64,000 nucleotides of DNA, taken from contig CAVYRF010000002.1 in assembly GCA_963770895.1 (NCBI GenBank), positions 2,176,001-2,240,000 of the forward strand. The letters run 5' to 3'. The notes beneath the pieces were generated by a model. That model saw only the letters and a program-made list of their open reading frames with translations, made no database searches and was not told the DNA's origin. This DNA comes from an uncultured Acidobacteriota bacterium (GTDB lineage Bacteria > Acidobacteriota > Thermoanaerobaculia > Multivoradales > UBA5704). This document shows positions 60,965-64,000 of the stretch, piece after piece (positions within the stretch are counted from its first letter, which is position 1; each line of letters begins with the position of its first letter). A program made the translations under genes and the position numbers.

Positions 60965-62515
60965 GTGAACAGAGCTCTTGTATGGCTGCTGGCCGCCGCG
61001 ACGGTTGCGGGCGGCGTCGCAGCCCGCGCCCAGGAACGGCCGGACGGTGCCGGCGCCGGCGCTGACGCCAAAAAGGCGCCGCATGAGGCGCCGAAGCCCG
61101 AACAGTCCGCAACGCAGCACAGCATCGTCGTCGGCGGCAAGACCGTCAACTACACCGCCACCGCCGGCACGCTGATCCTGCGCAACGACAAGGACGAGCC
61201 CACGGCCGCCGTCGGCTACGTGGCCTACACCCAGCGCGACGTATCCGACCTGTCGCACCGCCCGATCACCTTTGCCTACAACGGCGGCCCCGGTTCGGCG
61301 TCGCTGTGGCTGCACATGGGCGCCCTGGGGCCGCGCCGCATCGTCACCAGCGATGCCTCTCCCACGCCGCCGCCGCCCTACCGGGTGGTGGACAACGCGT
61401 ACAGCATCATCGACAAGACCGACCTGGTGATGATCGATCCCGTCGGCACCGGCCTGAGCCGTGCGGTCGGCGATCACAAGGACAGGGAGTTCTGGGGCAC
61501 CGACCCCGACATCGAATCGGTGAGCCGCTTCATCACCCAATACGTGTCCGACAACCTGCGCTGGAACTCGCCCAAGTACCTGCTCGGCGAGAGCTACGGC
61601 ACGACCCGTTCGGCAGGGGTGGTGGAGTACCTGCAGTCGCGTGAAAACATGGCGTTCAACGGCGTCATCCTGGTGTCGGTGGCGATGGATATCGAATCGA
61701 TCTTCGAGTGGCCGGGCAACGAGCGGCCCTTCGTGCTCTACCTGCCGACGTATGCCGCCGTGTCGTACTACCACCACGCCTTGCCGCACCAGCCGCCGGC
61801 GCTGGTGCCGTTCCTGGACGAAGTGCGCAAGTTTGCTCTCGGCGAATACGCCTCGGCCCTGCTCAAGGGCGACTCGCTGAGCGAGCAGGAGCGCGACGCC
61901 GTCGCCGCCAAGATGCACGAATACACCGGCCTGTCGATCGAGTACCTGAAGCTGGCCAACCTGCGGGTGCGGGAGTCGCAGTTCACCCAGGAGCTGCTGC
62001 GCGGACATCGCGAGACGGTGGGACGGCTGGACGCGCGCTTCCTGGGCGTGTCGTTCGATCACCTCTCGGAGGACGCGGACTACGACCCGCAGTCTGCCGC
62101 CATCAGCGCGCCGTTCACCGCCGCGTTCCTCAACTATCTGCACGGCGAGCTGAAGTTCGGCCAGGGCAAGACCTATAACACCAGCGCCGAAGTGTTCCCG
62201 TTCTGGAAGTTTGAGCACAAGCCGCCCGGCTTCCCCTTCCCGCTGCCGGTGGCCGACACCGCTCTCGACCTGGCCCACGCCCTGGGTTACAACCCGGGCC
62301 TGCGGGTGCTGGTGCTCAACGGCTACTACGACCTGGCGACGCCGTTCCTGGGCACCGAATCGACGTTCGACCACCTCGGCCTGGAAAAGGAGCTGCGCGA
62401 TCACGTGCAGATGAAGTACTACGAGGCGGGGCACATGATGTACGTCAACGAGCCGGCGCTCAAGCAGTTCAAGAGCGACATCGCCGGCTTCTACGACGCC
62501 ACCACGCACCAGTAG
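60965..62515 (+). CDS. Peptidase S10 serine carboxypeptidase
   Basis: NGGPGSAS, IDPVGTG, GESYG, GYYDLATP and YEAGHMMY motifs; GAGGAG RBS before GTG 60965. Confidence 0.93.
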   Translation: MNRALVWLLAAATVAGGVAARAQERPDGAGAGADAKKAPHEAPKPEQSATQHSIVVGGKTVNYTATAGTLILRNDKDEPTAAVGYVAYTQRDVSDLSHRPITFAYNGGPGSASLWLHMGALGPRRIVTSDASPTPPPPYRVVDNAYSIIDKTDLVMIDPVGTGLSRAVGDHKDREFWGTDPDIESVSRFITQYVSDNLRWNSPKYLLGESYGTTRSAGVVEYLQSRENMAFNGVILVSVAMDIESIFEWPGNERPFVLYLPTYAAVSYYHHALPHQPPALVPFLDEVRKFALGEYASALLKGDSLSEQERDAVAAKMHEYTGLSIEYLKLANLRVRESQFTQELLRGHRETVGRLDARFLGVSFDHLSEDADYDPQSAAISAPFTAAFLNYLHGELKFGQGKTYNTSAEVFPFWKFEHKPPGFPFPLPVADTALDLAHALGYNPGLRVLVLNGYYDLATPFLGTESTFDHLGLEKELRDHVQMKYYEAGHMMYVNEPALKQFKSDIAGFYDATTHQ

Positions 62516-62704
62516 GGGGCCGTAGACGGTCGTGGGGGGGTGCGGGGGGCTGTGGGTGGGGGGCCGTCAGGACGCCGCTACGACCGCACGGTTGTGTGTC
62601 GGGCGGCGGCGGCCCCTGTCCTGCCCCCGCCGTCCCCACCCCGGCCTGCAAAGCGTGTTATCATGCCAACTTGAGTAGCGCCGGGTTCCTGTAGGAGGTC
62701 CTAG

Positions 62705-63361
62705 ATGCTGCGCAAGACGACGCAATCCACGCACCTGCCGGCCGCCGCCCCCGCGGTCGCGGCTCCTCTCCGGCGTTCGCCGCGCGCGGCGCTGGCGACG
62801 CTTGGCTCGTTAAGCATGCTGGCTGTCCTGGCGTTCGCCGTCGCCGTCCCGGCGCAGGCCGAGGTCTTCCACGTGAAGCTGCGCAACGGCACCGTGGTCG
62901 ACACCGCCTACCAGCCGCAGCAGGCGCCCTGGGATGCCAGCCTGGTGGTGTTCCTGGACGAATCCGGCAACTGGATCGGCCTGCCGCAGAAGGACATCGA
63001 AACGGTACAGTCCGAATCGCAGCTGCGCGGCTTCGGCGTCTCCCTCAACTTCAACACCGTGGCGATCGGCTGGGCGCCCAACGACGCCATCGACCCGGCG
63101 ACGGCCAAGACCGACCCCAACGCGGCAACCATGCAGGCGCTGCAAAACATCTACAGCCAGCAGCAGGAGCAGGCGCACTACTCGGTGCAGCAGTTCGTCA
63201 ACGCCGAGCAGACCACCTCGACGTCGGGCATCCCGTCGGCCTTCATCGGCGGCGGCCGCGTGCCGCAGGTGACGCCGCCGCCGGCACCGCCGCCGGTGGT
63301 GTTGCAGGCCGCTCCTGCGGGTGGTGCCGGTCCCAGCGGTGGGGCCGCGCCTCCCAGCTAG
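62705..63361 (+). CDS. Secreted hypothetical protein
   Basis: AGGAGG RBS, signal peptide ending AQA, HVKLRNG small beta domain and Pro-rich tail. Confidence 0.7.
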   Translation: MLRKTTQSTHLPAAAPAVAAPLRRSPRAALATLGSLSMLAVLAFAVAVPAQAEVFHVKLRNGTVVDTAYQPQQAPWDASLVVFLDESGNWIGLPQKDIETVQSESQLRGFGVSLNFNTVAIGWAPNDAIDPATAKTDPNAATMQALQNIYSQQQEQAHYSVQQFVNAEQTTSTSGIPSAFIGGGRVPQVTPPPAPPPVVLQAAPAGGAGPSGGAAPPS

Positions 63362-63474
63362 CGGCCCCCCTCCGCTTCCTGCCCGCCGGTTCCGGCTCCT
63401 GCTATCATCGCCGGCGATCGTTCCGTCGTTCTGAACGTCGCCGGCCCTCCGCCGTGGAGGGTTCTATTTGAAAA

Positions 63475-63700
63475 ATCGACGGTGAGGTGACGGCACGGCT
63501 GTGTGCAAGCAGCCGTGCCGCCAACGCCTGCGGGCAAAACCGCGGGCAAGAGGGAAGCCGGTGCAAAACCGGCGCGGCCCCCGCCACTGTAACCGGGTAC
63601 GAAACCGGAGATGCCACTGCGTGCGGCGGATCCCCCCAGGGGGGTTGCTCACGCGGGAAGGTCCGGGAGTAGGAAGATCCGGGAGCCAGGAGACCTGCCT
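63475..63700 (+). ncRNA. Cobalamin (B12) riboswitch
   Basis: AGGGAAGCCGGTGCAAAACCGGCGCGGCCCCCGCCACTGTAA, GCCACTG...GGGAAGG and the B12 box GAGCCAGGAGACCTGCC. Confidence 0.95.
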
Positions 63701-63808
63701 CACCGTCCGACGCCACCCGCGGGGCGCGGGGATGGGTTGCGTGCTCCGGTGTGCGCGCGCCTCCTCTCTCGGCTAGTCGCGAGGCGTCGCATTTGCGAAG
63801 GAGCACGC

Positions 63809-64000
63809 ATGCGTCAAATCCTTCTCGCCGCCGGTCTCCTCGGGGGGGTGATGCCGGCACTGTGGGGGCAAGCACCCCCCAGCGCCACGGCACCCACCCC
63901 CAATCCCGGCCTGTCGGCTGTCGCCAACGCGCCGAGTCCCAGTTTTTCCGACAGCGTCGTGGTCACCACGTCCCCCGACCGGGAGCCTGAATCCCGCGAC
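63809..64000 (+). CDS. TonB-dependent receptor, probably BtuB-like (3'-truncated)
   Basis: AAGGAG RBS, MRQILLAAGLLGG signal and a TonB-box-like DSVVVT directly downstream of the B12 riboswitch. Not in the ORF track because it has no stop in the window. Confidence 0.75.
   Translation, partial: MRQILLAAGLLGGVMPALWGQAPPSATAPTPNPGLSAVANAPSPSFSDSVVVTTSPDREPESRD

Overview
This is a very GC-rich bacterial window. The IPTL-CTERM protein, DUF11 proteins, giant NRPS and peptidase repertoire would fit an Acidobacteriota/Thermoanaerobaculia-type genome, but that is inference only. (1) 1-33.5 kb holds the 3' part of a giant NRPS gene with 10 A-T modules in view, LCL-like C domains, no E and no TE domain. 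The predicted order is Thr-(Arg/Lys/Orn)-(Ile/Val)x3-Ser-(Ile/Val)-(Asp/Glu)-Ser-Cys. The last A domain is interrupted by a methyltransferase between motifs a2 and a3, and the protein ends in a terminal C domain. (2) 33.4-38.4 kb encodes two secreted proteins, then an LLM monooxygenase and a sulfotransferase-SCP2 pair. (3) 38.5-45.7 kb is the best candidate for an undescribed system. It has a stand-alone PqqD/RRE protein, three different glycosyltransferases (GT9-like+HEAT, SunS-like GT2+TPR, GT10) and an FkbM methyltransferase. These surround two small proteins that share a conserved twin-arginine leader and an SNLC motif on an incomplete DUF11 Ig fold, plus a third IPTL-CTERM protein carrying the missing DUF11 strands. 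(4) 45.9-48.1 kb is a lower-GC PRTase + DprA pair (ShosTA-like) beside three tRNAs. (5) 48.3-64 kb holds a sigma54-type two-component operon with a recognisable -24/-12 promoter, secreted peptidases, a Cys-rich EF-hand protein, a glutathione peroxidase, and a cobalamin riboswitch ahead of a TonB-dependent receptor. All calls come from motif reading by eye; no searches were run.
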